64,000 bases of DNA from an uncultured Rikenella sp. (lineage in GTDB: Bacteria > Bacteroidota > Bacteroidia > Bacteroidales > VadinHA17), in the NCBI GenBank assembly GCA_964455705.1, contig CAYVYM010000001.1, forward strand, positions 131,930-195,929, in the 5' to 3' direction. The notes under the pieces are model-generated. The model ran no database searches and had not been told where the DNA came from. It saw only the letters and a list, made by a program, of their open reading frames with translations. Position 1 is the stretch's first letter. The number at the start of each line of letters is the position of its first letter. The translations under genes were made by a program, and so were the position numbers. Shown piece by piece: positions 55,171 to 64,000 of the stretch.

Positions 55171-55827
55171 TTAGGGGTAGAGGAGTCTGATGGCCCAGCT
55201 GCCATCATGTCCTGCTCTGATGTATTGAAGCCTGTCATGTAACCGATGTTCTCTGCCCTGCCAGAACTCGATATATTCGGGCACAAGGTAATAGCCGCCC
55301 CAGTTATCGGGTCTTGGCACCGGGCGGTCCCTGTATTTTTCATCAGTCTCGGAAGTTGTTTTTTCAAGCAGCGCCCTGTTTTCGAGGACCCGGCTCTGCA
55401 GTGAGGCAACTGCGCTAATCTGGCTCTCCCGCGGGCGGCTCCGGAAATAGGCATCGGACTCTGCGACCGGCAGCCTGTAGGCCTTACCGCCTATCCTGAT
55501 CTGGCGGAAGAGTTCACTCCAGAAGAACGTCATCGAAGCATTGTTGTTTTGCTGCAGGTCCTCCCCCTTCCTGCTGCCATAGCTGGTAAAGAAGGAGAAT
55601 CCCCTTTCATTGAAGTCCCTCAGGAGAACGATTCTCCCAGAGGGTATTCCTGAAGCATCGACTGTTGCCAGGTGTAAGGCGTTGGGTTCCTTTACATTAT
55701 GAGCTATGGCCTCTTCCATCCATCTCTCAAACTGTACGATCGGATTTTCGGCAAAATTGCCCAGGTCGATGCCTTCGCCATGGTATTCATTCCTGAGAAT
55801 GCTGGTCATCCTGCGTGTGTGGTTCAT
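55171..55827 (-). CDS. pdxH: Pyridoxamine 5'-phosphate oxidase
   Basis: Motifs LRNEY, EPNALHLATVDASGIPSGRIVLL, RQIRIGG, IEFWQG..HRLHDR and a C-terminal RLLYP. Confidence 0.92.
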   Translation of the reverse strand: MNHTRRMTSILRNEYHGEGIDLGNFAENPIVQFERWMEEAIAHNVKEPNALHLATVDASGIPSGRIVLLRDFNERGFSFFTSYGSRKGEDLQQNNNASMTFFWSELFRQIRIGGKAYRLPVAESDAYFRSRPRESQISAVASLQSRVLENRALLEKTTSETDEKYRDRPVPRPDNWGGYYLVPEYIEFWQGREHRLHDRLQYIRAGHDGSWAIRLLYP

Positions 55828-55952
55828 CTCGGGATTTTTATTATGGGTTTATAATCAAATACAACAACCGGCTGGTAATTATGTTTAACTTCTTCACAAC
55901 GGTGTTCAATTATATGAAAATATTACCTTTACCCCTGTTAAAACGCCCTGAT

Positions 55953-56975
55953 ATGTCTAAAATACCCATTTTACCGTTTATTGCATTGATGATAGCATTG
56001 ATGCTCCCCGCCCCCCTCAGCGCCCAGGTGGCTGTTGAGGTGTCAAACGAAAAAATGATCTACGGCGGCAAGGTCTTTTACATGCATGATGTGCAGAAAG
56101 GCCAGACGCTCCACTCTATCTCCCGGGCATACAAGGTATCAATTGATGCCATCACCCGGAATAACGTGATCACCTCAAGCGGTATACAGGCGGGACAGGT
56201 GCTCCGGATACCTTCAGTGGCAGAAAATACCGGGATACCGTCTCAGCCTGGTCCGTCAGCACAGCCCGCACAGCGTTCAACGGCTGTTGCATCGCCGACC
56301 CCGTCTTTTTCGCCGGCATCCGATCCGGCAACAGGAATCCGCCTGGCCAGGGAGCGGATCATGTTCAACGGCAAGGCATATTACATGCATGAGGTGCTGA
56401 AGGGTCAGACACTCTATTCCCTTGCCAGGGCCTACAAGGTGACCATACTTGATATTGACCGTGAAAATGCTATTCCTGCCGGAGGCATACAGGCGGGACA
56501 GGTACTGAGAATACCGGCGTCATCCTCCCTGACGGCTCAGGAAGAGGTAGTGCCAGGAGATATAACTGCTCAGGAGAGGTCTGCGGCATCCGGGTCTTCC
56601 CTCCCTTCTGCTGAGACGACCAAGCCTGCAGATTCCGGGACGGCTGAAGTGCAGGCGACAACTGCCGGGGCAGGGAGTCAGCCGGATCGCCGACCACAGA
56701 CAGATGTGGCAGTTCCTTCTGATGGTCCGGCCCCCCAGGCTGAAGCCACAAACCAGTCCACCGCCGCTGCACGCGGGCCTGCGGTTAAAAAGGCACCACC
56801 GGCGAAAAAGAAGATTCACAAGGTGCAGAAGGGAGAATCACTGGCTGACATAGCCAGGAAGTACGATTTGACCCTCCAGGAGCTGAAGCAGGCAAATAAG
56901 GGTGTGATCTTCGCCATGCCTGATATGAGGCTTGTTATTCCTGTCAATGGGGATCAGGAGCCGGATATTCAATAA
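55953..56975 (+). CDS. LysM-repeat secreted protein with Pro/Ala/Ser-rich linkers
   Basis: Signal peptide MSKIPILPFIALMIALMLPAPLSAQ. Three LysM units (YMHDVQKGQTLHSISRAYKVSIDAI..., YMHEVLKGQTLYSLARAYKVTILDI..., HKVQKGESLADIARKYDLTLQEL). I prefer ATG 55953; the ORF-track start at 55815 overlaps pdxH. Confidence 0.8.
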   Translation: MSKIPILPFIALMIALMLPAPLSAQVAVEVSNEKMIYGGKVFYMHDVQKGQTLHSISRAYKVSIDAITRNNVITSSGIQAGQVLRIPSVAENTGIPSQPGPSAQPAQRSTAVASPTPSFSPASDPATGIRLARERIMFNGKAYYMHEVLKGQTLYSLARAYKVTILDIDRENAIPAGGIQAGQVLRIPASSSLTAQEEVVPGDITAQERSAASGSSLPSAETTKPADSGTAEVQATTAGAGSQPDRRPQTDVAVPSDGPAPQAEATNQSTAAARGPAVKKAPPAKKKIHKVQKGESLADIARKYDLTLQELKQANKGVIFAMPDMRLVIPVNGDQEPDIQ

Positions 56976-57066
56976 CAGCCATAACAATTGTTACCCTGCT
57001 GACGGAGTCATCCGTCAGCGGGTACATTGTTACCCCTGTCGGGGCCGGTAAGAGAAGGGAGTCTTG

Positions 57067-57471
57067 TTATTTCTCTTTTCCCCAGGTCAGGACTATCACC
57101 AGGCCGACCACGGCCATGACGACTGTTGACACTAGGATGTCGGTTACCATCGCCCCTGCGTTCATGTACATCGTGCTCATTGACCAGTAGGAAAATGCGA
57201 TACCCGAACCGAAAAGCAATCCGAACAGTCCTCCGAACTTAAGGCCGTCAATGACAGTTTTGGCTTTGGCCCAGTGCAGGATCAGGGTCAGCAGACAAGC
57301 TAACACCAGGTTTGACAGGATAATTGCCCACCAGACCATCTCTTCAGGTGGCCTGCTGGCACATTGATTCATGTTGGCTGAAAAGAAATTCATGAGGAGG
57401 ATCCCCCATACCAGCCATCCCAGGAGAAAGTACGCTATTCCCCCAAAAATGGTTCCTCTGAGAATTTTCAT
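57067..57471 (-). CDS. Small integral membrane protein (about 4 TM)
   Basis: 134 aa with four hydrophobic spans. It is divergent from the TetR gene. Family uncertain. Confidence 0.6.
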   Translation of the reverse strand: MKILRGTIFGGIAYFLLGWLVWGILLMNFFSANMNQCASRPPEEMVWWAIILSNLVLACLLTLILHWAKAKTVIDGLKFGGLFGLLFGSGIAFSYWSMSTMYMNAGAMVTDILVSTVVMAVVGLVIVLTWGKEK

Positions 57472-57644
57472 AGGTCTTTGATTTTAAGTTAAACCAATTA
57501 GCAATTATAACAAAAACTATTAAGGATATTGTAATTCAAACTAAAACAAAATTAAGGTAAGGTTGTTCAGGGTACGCCTCAAGGAGGATTGGCAGAAGTA
57601 TTCCTTTGTCAGCAGGGCTTTTGCTACGATTTCCCTTGTTTTAT

Positions 57645-57661
57645 CAAAGCAAATGCTTAGA
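57645..57661. promoter_or_regulatory. Candidate TetR operator (CAAAGCAAATGCTTAGA)
   Basis: Near-palindrome CAAAGCA-AA-TGCTTAG (7-bp arms, one mismatch). It lies 20 nt upstream of the TetR start, in the divergent intergenic region. An identical 17-mer recurs at 61103-61119. Confidence 0.45.
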
Positions 57662-57680
57662 TTTGTTAAAAGTAAATACA

Positions 57681-58259
57681 ATGCCCCGGAAAAAGCGATA
57701 TAATTCTGATGATGTCCTTGAGAAAGCAATGCATGTTTTCTGGAATAACGGTTATGAACAGACATCAGTAAGAATGCTTGAAAAGGAGATGGGCATCAAT
57801 CAGTTTTCAATCTATGCAAGTTTCACCTGTAAGCATAATCTTTTCATTGAATCATTAAGAAAATACAGGGAGTATGTAATTAAGAATGTCTACAGCGAAC
57901 TGTTAAAACCCGAAGCCAGACTAAAAGACCTTGAAATATTTCTGAACCGTCTGGTTGAGGACAGGAGCCGGGGCAAAGAGTACAGGGGTTGCCTGGCGGT
58001 TAACACTACCGGGGAGATCAATCCTACGGACAAAGAGGTTACTGTTGAACTTACTGATTACTATATGTTTATCAGGGAGATGCTTAAGAAAATACTTATG
58101 AATTCAATTGAGGCCAAAGATATTTCAGCTGATACTGATCTTGAAAAGTACTCAAGCTTTCTATTAGGCGCTATGCAGGGATTATTATTGGGTGCTAAAG
58201 TACTTCCCGAAAAACAGATACGTGACCAGATAGAGGTGTCATTATCAGTCTTTGAATAA
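57681..58259 (+). CDS. TetR/AcrR-family transcriptional regulator
   Basis: 192 aa from ATG 57681. HTH region VLEKAMHVFWNNGYEQTSVRMLEKEMGINQFSIYASF. Confidence 0.88.
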   Translation: MPRKKRYNSDDVLEKAMHVFWNNGYEQTSVRMLEKEMGINQFSIYASFTCKHNLFIESLRKYREYVIKNVYSELLKPEARLKDLEIFLNRLVEDRSRGKEYRGCLAVNTTGEINPTDKEVTVELTDYYMFIREMLKKILMNSIEAKDISADTDLEKYSSFLLGAMQGLLLGAKVLPEKQIRDQIEVSLSVFE

Positions 58260-58304
58260 TTTTTTACATAGTTCCAGGCAAGTTCTGCGATAACATCCTA
58301 CCTA

Positions 58305-60980
58305 TCAGTTCCGCAATAAAAATGTATCTTTTATAAGTTTTAACAGCTCCTCCTTGCTGACCGGTTTGGAGATGTAGCTGTTGCATCCCGCCTCCATTAC
58401 TTTCAGTCTGTCCGTATCAAGAGCCAGTGCTGTCTGTGCTATGATCACAATCTTTTTGTTGAATTCACGGATTTTTTGTGTTGCCTCATAACCATTTAAT
58501 TCCGGCATTCGCATATCCATCAGCACCAGATCTGAATCGGGATTCAATTTGCATAATTCAACAGCTTCTATACCATTACGAGCAAATACTATTTTTCCGG
58601 CTATGTCCCGCAAAGTTATCTCAAGAAATCTGCTGCTTACTTCATCATCCTCAGCAATTACAATATTCAGTTTTCTGTCGAAACTATCACTGATAATCTC
58701 TTCGGTACCGGGTACAGGAGTTTGTGTATCAGGTTTGCGATTGAAGCGAGGCAGTGTGAACCGGAAGGTAGATCCTGTTCCGGAATAAGATTCAAGCCAG
58801 ACCTTACCTCCAAGTAAATGCACATATGCTTCAACAATTGACAGGCCTATTCCTGAACCTTCGTAATTTTTTGATAACTCATTTTCGACCTGGACAAAAC
58901 GTTTAAAAATTTCTTTCTGCATGTTCTCGGGAATACCAATGCCGGTGTCGCTTATGAAGAATTCGATAAAATCTCCCTTGATCCGGCACCCAAATCCGAT
59001 TCTACCGTAATCAGTGAATTTGAGCGCATTCTTGATCAGGTTTGAAAGAATGGAATCAAGCTTGGTTTTATCTGTTTTTATCACAGCTGTTTCCGGGGGG
59101 AGAGCAGATTCAAGAACCAGGTTAAGACCTTTTTTGTCCGCCTGAGCTCTGAAAAGCTCATGGTAATAAGTAAGCTGATCATTAATATTTACTTCTGAAA
59201 CAGATATTTCTAGTTGCCCGGTCTCTATTTTTGACATATCAACCAGGTCAGTCAAAGTGCTTAGCATACGGTTACCGCTTTCCTGTATGATGTCAATAAA
59301 TTGCCCCTGCTCGGTGCCTGTCAGTCCGGGTGATCTTAAAAGGTCAGTAAATCCCAAAATTCCATTCATGGGTGTGCGGATCTCATGACTTAAATTTGCA
59401 AGAAAAGCCGATTTCAGCCGATCGCTTTCCTCTGCCTTGTCCCTCGCTTTTACAACCTGATCATACAGTTTTCTCTCGGAGGTGACATCCATCACAGTTG
59501 ACACCATAATATTCTGTTCAGGGAGAGGAATGTTAACGGCATTAACTATGGCATTCGATCCGTCCTTCCTTGTAATAGTATTGTTCTCCCAGTGCATTCG
59601 GGAAGCATCACCTGAAGATAAGTCTTCTATAATAGCCGACATAATCTTTTCTCTGTAAACCTCATCAGGGTAAACTTTTTCAAAAAAATCATTAACACCT
59701 TTGATCTCATCTCCGTCCCAGCCGTAGATTTCCTCAAACCGGCGATTCATATAGATTGCAGACCCATCATCTGTTTTGTTAAGTGCCACCCCGATGGGAA
59801 GATTATCCATGACCGTTTGAATAAACTGCGTCTTCTCCGATAGCGCAAGCTCGGCATTCTTCCTGTCCGTAATGTCAAACATTAAACCTCTCAGGGTTGC
59901 AGGCTTCCCGTTTTTCAACTCCACACTTACAACATCCCTGATCCATACGAAAGAACCATCCTTCTTACCAAACCTGTATTCAATCTCATGAGACTCCATC
60001 TTATCATTGAATGACAAGAATTGACCGGAGGCATTCTCCCTGTCATCAAGATGGAGATTTGTTATCCAGAAGTCGAGATTTGTCCACTCATCCGGATGCC
60101 ATCCCAGCAAAGAGGTTGACTGGGGTGCAACATAAACCCACCTGTCTTCTGAAATACTGTATTCCCAAACTACAGCTTTAACCGATTCAACAAGCTCCCT
60201 GTATTTCTTTTCATTTAACTCCAGTTTCTCCTGAATCATATACTGCCTGGTCACATCGCGAAACACCAGTACAACTCCTGTAATGTTTCCATTTCGATCA
60301 CTGATGGGTGACCCTGAATCAGCAATCTGATACTCCCTGCCATCCCTGGAAATAAGTTTGGTATGATTAGCCAGACCAATACAAGCTCCCGTTTGAAATA
60401 CCTTCCTAACAGGATTAACTACCTTTCTGCCATTTTTGGCATTTACTACATTGAAGACAGTTGTAATCGATTGATTTAATGCTTCATCAACTGACCACCC
60501 CGTAAGATCACATGCTACAGAATTCAAGCTTGTAACATTACCATCAAGATCAGTTGTGATAACACCGTCACCAATTGAATTTAATGTGGTACTGAGATGC
60601 TCCTTGCTTCTGTATAGTTCTTCTTCGGCTATTAACCGGTCACCTATATCCCTGATAAGACCGATAAAACCCTTTATCTCCCCTTTAGGATCTCTAAAAT
60701 AAAATACATTTGTTTCGCCGGAGAATATTTCGCCTGTTTTTTTCTTGTACTGAACGGTATGAAGCTTAGTCGGGTCATCGATATTATCCTTTATCTTTTT
60801 CCCCATTTCTCTGAACTCGTCCATATCCTTGTAGATATGGAAGATCTTCATTCCCCTGATCTCTTCATTAGTATACCCAAACAAATCTGTAAATGCAGGA
60901 TTGGAGTCAATTATTATGCTGTCGGTATCAGCTATGAGGATGGAATCGCGGATACTTCTGAATAAATCGTCATAAAACAT
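58305..60980 (-). CDS. Hybrid sensor histidine kinase/response regulator with multiple PAS domains
   Basis: 891 aa. There are 4-5 PAS-like units. H-box SHEIRTPMNGILGF. HATPase motif (GSGIGLSIV). C-terminal receiver (DLVLMDMRMPELNGYE). Confidence 0.9.
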   Translation of the reverse strand: MFYDDLFRSIRDSILIADTDSIIIDSNPAFTDLFGYTNEEIRGMKIFHIYKDMDEFREMGKKIKDNIDDPTKLHTVQYKKKTGEIFSGETNVFYFRDPKGEIKGFIGLIRDIGDRLIAEEELYRSKEHLSTTLNSIGDGVITTDLDGNVTSLNSVACDLTGWSVDEALNQSITTVFNVVNAKNGRKVVNPVRKVFQTGACIGLANHTKLISRDGREYQIADSGSPISDRNGNITGVVLVFRDVTRQYMIQEKLELNEKKYRELVESVKAVVWEYSISEDRWVYVAPQSTSLLGWHPDEWTNLDFWITNLHLDDRENASGQFLSFNDKMESHEIEYRFGKKDGSFVWIRDVVSVELKNGKPATLRGLMFDITDRKNAELALSEKTQFIQTVMDNLPIGVALNKTDDGSAIYMNRRFEEIYGWDGDEIKGVNDFFEKVYPDEVYREKIMSAIIEDLSSGDASRMHWENNTITRKDGSNAIVNAVNIPLPEQNIMVSTVMDVTSERKLYDQVVKARDKAEESDRLKSAFLANLSHEIRTPMNGILGFTDLLRSPGLTGTEQGQFIDIIQESGNRMLSTLTDLVDMSKIETGQLEISVSEVNINDQLTYYHELFRAQADKKGLNLVLESALPPETAVIKTDKTKLDSILSNLIKNALKFTDYGRIGFGCRIKGDFIEFFISDTGIGIPENMQKEIFKRFVQVENELSKNYEGSGIGLSIVEAYVHLLGGKVWLESYSGTGSTFRFTLPRFNRKPDTQTPVPGTEEIISDSFDRKLNIVIAEDDEVSSRFLEITLRDIAGKIVFARNGIEAVELCKLNPDSDLVLMDMRMPELNGYEATQKIREFNKKIVIIAQTALALDTDRLKVMEAGCNSYISKPVSKEELLKLIKDTFLLRN

Positions 60981-61102
60981 TGTGCTATGATTGTAAATTG
61001 AAATCTCTAATATCTGAAAGGTCTTCAGAGGTCTGGCAAAAACACCAGGATCATCTGGAACTAAACTCTAATGTTCAAAATTACAACTAATTAATGTGAT
61101 TA

Positions 61103-61119
61103 CAAAGCAAATGCTTAGA
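61103..61119. promoter_or_regulatory. Second copy of candidate TetR operator
   Basis: Exact 17-nt repeat of 57645-57661. It lies in the 320-bp divergent region between the hybrid kinase (start 60980, minus) and the TauE gene (start 61301, plus). Confidence 0.4.
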
Positions 61120-61300
61120 AATAATACTATAATTGCCTTGTATAAAAATTTAGCGCGGAATACGTTGTAAGGTATTTTAATGATATGTATCTTATTGTCC
61201 CAACACTGAAAGCAGGAGATTGTTCAGGTTGTGTCTCCGGGCGCAGGTTAAAATTTGAACCATATCACTTCAAAACGTGTTCTGATTAAAACATCTTCAT

Positions 61301-62074
61301 ATGGATATTTTTATCATTAGTCTGGCCGCCTTTTTTACTGCCATTCTTACATTCTTTTCCGGATTTGGACTTGGGACCATTCTGACTCCGGTTTTTGCAA
61401 TCTTTTTCCCGGTTGAAATTGCCATTGCATTAACCGGAGTGGTTCATTTTGCAAATAATCTTTTCAAGATTACACTGGTCGGAAAAAATACGGACAGAGC
61501 AGTTTTATTAAGGTTTGGAATTCCGGCTATTCTTGCCTCATTTGCCGGTGCATGGTTATTACTCAGAATAACAGATATGCCGTCACTTTTTAACTATCAC
61601 ATTTGGGGTAAAGAATATGAAGTCATGCCGGTGAAACTTGTTATCGCAGTGCTGTTGGTTATTTTTTCGGTACTTGAAATTGCCCCTTCAATGCAAAGAG
61701 TGCAATTTAAAAGGAACAAGCTTGCTCTGGGTGGGGTTCTGAGTGGTTTTTTTGGCGGGCTGACCGGAATTCAGGGTGCAATCCGTAGTGCCTTCCTTAT
61801 CAAAAGCGGTTTATCCAAGGAAGCATATATTGCAACTGGGGTAGTCATTGCATCTCTTGTTGATTTTACAAGACTTTCGGTCTATGCTTCACGATTTAAG
61901 GTGGCAAACCTTCATGAGCATTGGATACTTATTCTCTCGGCTGTATCTGCAGCCATACTCGGGGCATTTATCGGGAATAAACTGTTAAAGAAAGTGACAT
62001 TAAGGTTTGTTCAGGTGTTAGTGGCAATATTGTTGTTTTTGATTGCAATCGTTCTGGGGGCAGGAATTATCTAG
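61301..62074 (+). CDS. TauE/SafE-family sulfite/anion exporter
   Basis: 257 aa with about 8 TM spans. Gly-rich internal repeats (FFSGFGLGTILTP / GFFGGLTGIQGA) are typical of TauE. Confidence 0.75.
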   Translation: MDIFIISLAAFFTAILTFFSGFGLGTILTPVFAIFFPVEIAIALTGVVHFANNLFKITLVGKNTDRAVLLRFGIPAILASFAGAWLLLRITDMPSLFNYHIWGKEYEVMPVKLVIAVLLVIFSVLEIAPSMQRVQFKRNKLALGGVLSGFFGGLTGIQGAIRSAFLIKSGLSKEAYIATGVVIASLVDFTRLSVYASRFKVANLHEHWILILSAVSAAILGAFIGNKLLKKVTLRFVQVLVAILLFLIAIVLGAGII

Positions 62075-62087
62075 AAATAAAGAAACC

Positions 62088-62534
62088 ATGGTAAAGTTAC
62101 AAAATGCTGTTTTCAAATCAGTTGATGATTACAGGTCAATCTTGCCAAGATTAATTGTTGGTTTGGTGTTTCTATCCGAAGGAATCCAGAAATTTCTTTT
62201 TCCTGAACTTGTTGGTGCGGGACGGTTTGAAAAAATTGGATTTACGAATCCGGAATTTCTGGCAGCACTGGTAGCATCGTTTGAAATTGTTTGCGGTGTG
62301 CTAATTCTGATTGGGTTTTCAGTCCGTGTGACTGTAATTCCTTTGCTTATAATAATGATAACAGCAATCACAACAACCAAGATACCGATTTTGCAGGAAA
62401 AAGGATTCTGGCAGATGGCACATGATTCAAGAACCGACTTTGCCATGACAATGCTTATTATTTTTCTTCTTATTTATGGGGCAGGCAAACTATCTGTAGA
62501 TTGCTTTATAAAACGAAAATTCATATCAGTGTAA
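62088..62534 (+). CDS. DoxX-family membrane protein
   Basis: 148 aa from ATG 62088, 13 nt after the TauE stop. LPRLIVGLVFLSEGIQKF and four TM spans are typical of DoxX. Confidence 0.7.
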   Translation: MVKLQNAVFKSVDDYRSILPRLIVGLVFLSEGIQKFLFPELVGAGRFEKIGFTNPEFLAALVASFEIVCGVLILIGFSVRVTVIPLLIIMITAITTTKIPILQEKGFWQMAHDSRTDFAMTMLIIFLLIYGAGKLSVDCFIKRKFISV

Positions 62535-62581
62535 TCCTCACCTGTTTCATTAAATTTGTCTTACAAATATTTAACGGAATT

Positions 62582-62944
62582 ATGAAGGCACAGAAAATCC
62601 TTATCCTGATCAATGATGCTCCTTACGGAACAGAAAAGGCATATAATGCCCTTAGACTGGCAATGCAACTCGGTAAAGACCATGCGGATACTGAAGTGCG
62701 GGTATTTTTAATGGCTGATGCCGCAAATTGCGCCCTGGCAAATCAAAATACCCCCAATGGTTATTATAATATCGAAAGAATGCTAAAAGCCGTACTGGCC
62801 AAGGGCGGAAAGGTTAAAATATGCGGTGGCTGCGCTGAATCAAGGGGTTTAAAGAGTGCTCCGCTGATTGAAGGGACAGAGATCAGTACCATGGCTGAAC
62901 TCACCAACTGGGTCGCAGAAAGTGACAAGGTGATTACATTTTGA
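62582..62944 (+). CDS. DsrE/DsrF-like sulfur-relay family protein
   Basis: 120 aa from ATG 62582. N-terminus KILILINDAPYGTEKAYNALRLA and VKICGGCAESRG resemble DsrE-fold proteins. Confidence 0.65.
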   Translation: MKAQKILILINDAPYGTEKAYNALRLAMQLGKDHADTEVRVFLMADAANCALANQNTPNGYYNIERMLKAVLAKGGKVKICGGCAESRGLKSAPLIEGTEISTMAELTNWVAESDKVITF

Positions 62945-62972
62945 TTCAAACTGATCAAACATTCTGTAACTT

Positions 62973-64000
62973 TTGGATCTGACTGAAAGGCTGACTTACC
63001 GGAGGGTAGCTCTTTTCTGGGCGCCGCTGGCACTTACCTGGCTGATAATGGCCATAGAGCAGCCATTCCTAATTGCATTTATCGCCCGGCTGGGTGAAGC
63101 AAAGCTCAACCTTGCCGCCTTTGGTATTGCCGGATCTTTTGCCATGATCATTGAAGCCCCGATAATAATGCTGATGAGTGCCTCCACGGCTCTTGTAACG
63201 GGGCGCAATTCATACATGAGGCTGAAACGCTTTACGGATATCCTGAATGCCGCGATTACAGGCATACAGCTTATCATCCTCATTCCGCCAGTTTTCAACT
63301 TCATTGTTATTGATCTCATGGAAGTTCCGGAAGAAGTTGCAGGACTTGCTCATATTGCGCTGATTATCTTCCTTCCCTGGGCTGCATCGATTGGTTACAG
63401 GAGGTTCTACCAGGGTATCCTTATCAGGAACAACCTTACAAGACGTGTAACTTACGGGACTATGGTCCGGCTGTTAGTAATTGTGGTGACAGGATTGCTT
63501 CTCTATTCAGCCGGAGTGCCGGGGGCATATGTTGGTGCAGGGGCTATGTCGCTGGCAGTCATTGTTGAAGCGATAGTAACGAGGCTAATGGTGTCAGGGA
63601 CCCTGAAGTACCTGATACAGAAGGAAGACACGGAGAACGGCAATCTTAATCTCAGATCTATAACAAAGTTCTATTACCCGCTTGCAATCACCTCAATCTT
63701 ATCACTTGGCGTGCATCCGTTTGTCACATTCTTTCTGGGGCGGAGTAGTATGGCAGTGGAGTCGCTGGCTGTTCTGCCTGTTGTGGGTTCGCTTGTATTT
63801 ATTTTCAGAAGCCTGGGATTATCGTACCAGGAGGTGAATATTGCCCTGATGGGAACATATAAACAGAACTTCCGGGTATTAAGGAATTTTGCAGTTTACC
63901 TTGGCATCGTGGTAACGGTTTTGATTACAATCCTGGCATTCACTCCACTCGCTGACCTGTGGTTCATAAAAGTCTCCGGACTTAGCAAGGAGCTTGCAGA
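62973..64000 (+). CDS. Polytopic membrane protein, MATE/MOP-superfamily-like (3' partial, runs off window)
   Basis: I hand-translated the frame and it is open from 62970 to the window end (…FWAPLALTWLIMAIEQPFLIAFIARLGEAKLNLAAFGIAGSFAMIIEAPIIMLMSAS…). It has many hydrophobic spans. It is absent from the ORF track because it is incomplete. The start is uncertain (TTG 62973 or ATG 63048). Confidence 0.45.
   Translation, partial: MDLTERLTYRRVALFWAPLALTWLIMAIEQPFLIAFIARLGEAKLNLAAFGIAGSFAMIIEAPIIMLMSASTALVTGRNSYMRLKRFTDILNAAITGIQLIILIPPVFNFIVIDLMEVPEEVAGLAHIALIIFLPWAASIGYRRFYQGILIRNNLTRRVTYGTMVRLLVIVVTGLLLYSAGVPGAYVGAGAMSLAVIVEAIVTRLMVSGTLKYLIQKEDTENGNLNLRSITKFYYPLAITSILSLGVHPFVTFFLGRSSMAVESLAVLPVVGSLVFIFRSLGLSYQEVNIALMGTYKQNFRVLRNFAVYLGIVVTVLITILAFTPLADLWFIKVSGLSKELA

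Noticed and set aside
55815-55952. N-terminal extension of the LysM ORF (ORF-track start 55815), overlapping the pdxH start
   Set aside because: The extension has no signal-peptide character and overlaps the divergent pdxH gene. ATG 55953 gives a canonical signal peptide.
56987-57036. Hairpin GCTGACGG-agtcat-CCGTCAGC (56998-57019), flanked by direct repeats ATTGTTACCC, between the LysM gene and the small membrane protein gene
   Set aside because: It is probably a weak terminator between convergent genes. It has no T-tract, and the repeats are too short to attach significance.
62996-63319. 107-aa minus-strand ORF near the window end
   Set aside because: It is antisense to a long open plus-strand frame that encodes a coherent polytopic membrane protein and runs to the window edge.
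1-64000. Search for mobile elements, prophage, defence systems (restriction-modification, toxin-antitoxin, Cas, nucleases/ATPases) and RNA genes
   Set aside because: I recognised no integrase, transposase, terminal inverted repeats, phage structural genes, nuclease/helicase defence modules, tRNA cloverleaf candidates or rRNA. Absence was judged by eye only.

Overview
The window looks like a chromosomal segment from a Bacteroidota (Bacteroidales-like) genome. Supporting evidence: a type III glutamine synthetase, GH67, GH92 and GH116-like hydrolases, a DUF2851 gene, signal peptides cleaved before Gln, TAnnTTTG-type promoter elements, and almost no Shine-Dalgarno sites. Gene density is high, at about 48 protein genes. 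I found no rRNA, tRNA, CRISPR array, transposase or integrase.

Main blocks:
- 0-13.6 kb: a glucuronoxylan/xylose operon (LacI regulator, GH67 alpha-glucuronidase, xylB, xylA). It unexpectedly also carries a URO-D-family gene, a fused MetV-MetF methylene-THF reductase and an OlsF-like aminolipid synthase.
- 13.7-28 kb: housekeeping genes (ppiD, glnN, purM-like, prfA, pyrF) plus an NAD-type Cys-formate dehydrogenase pair.
- 28-30.1 kb: an odd short-repeat tract, an MFS transporter and a small membrane ORF.
- 30.1-39.0 kb: a tightly packed seven-gene minus-strand operon in which every product has a signal peptide. Only OmpA-C, LRR and Ig-like modules are recognisable. This is my best candidate for an undescribed cell-envelope system.
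- 39-57 kb: housekeeping genes (rpsO, pnp, sucC, priA, pdxH, GH92, an ABC exporter).
- 57-64 kb: an AT-richer regulatory and sulfur-handling cluster (TetR, hybrid PAS kinase, TauE-DoxX-DsrE).

All family calls come from motif recognition by eye. No searches were run.
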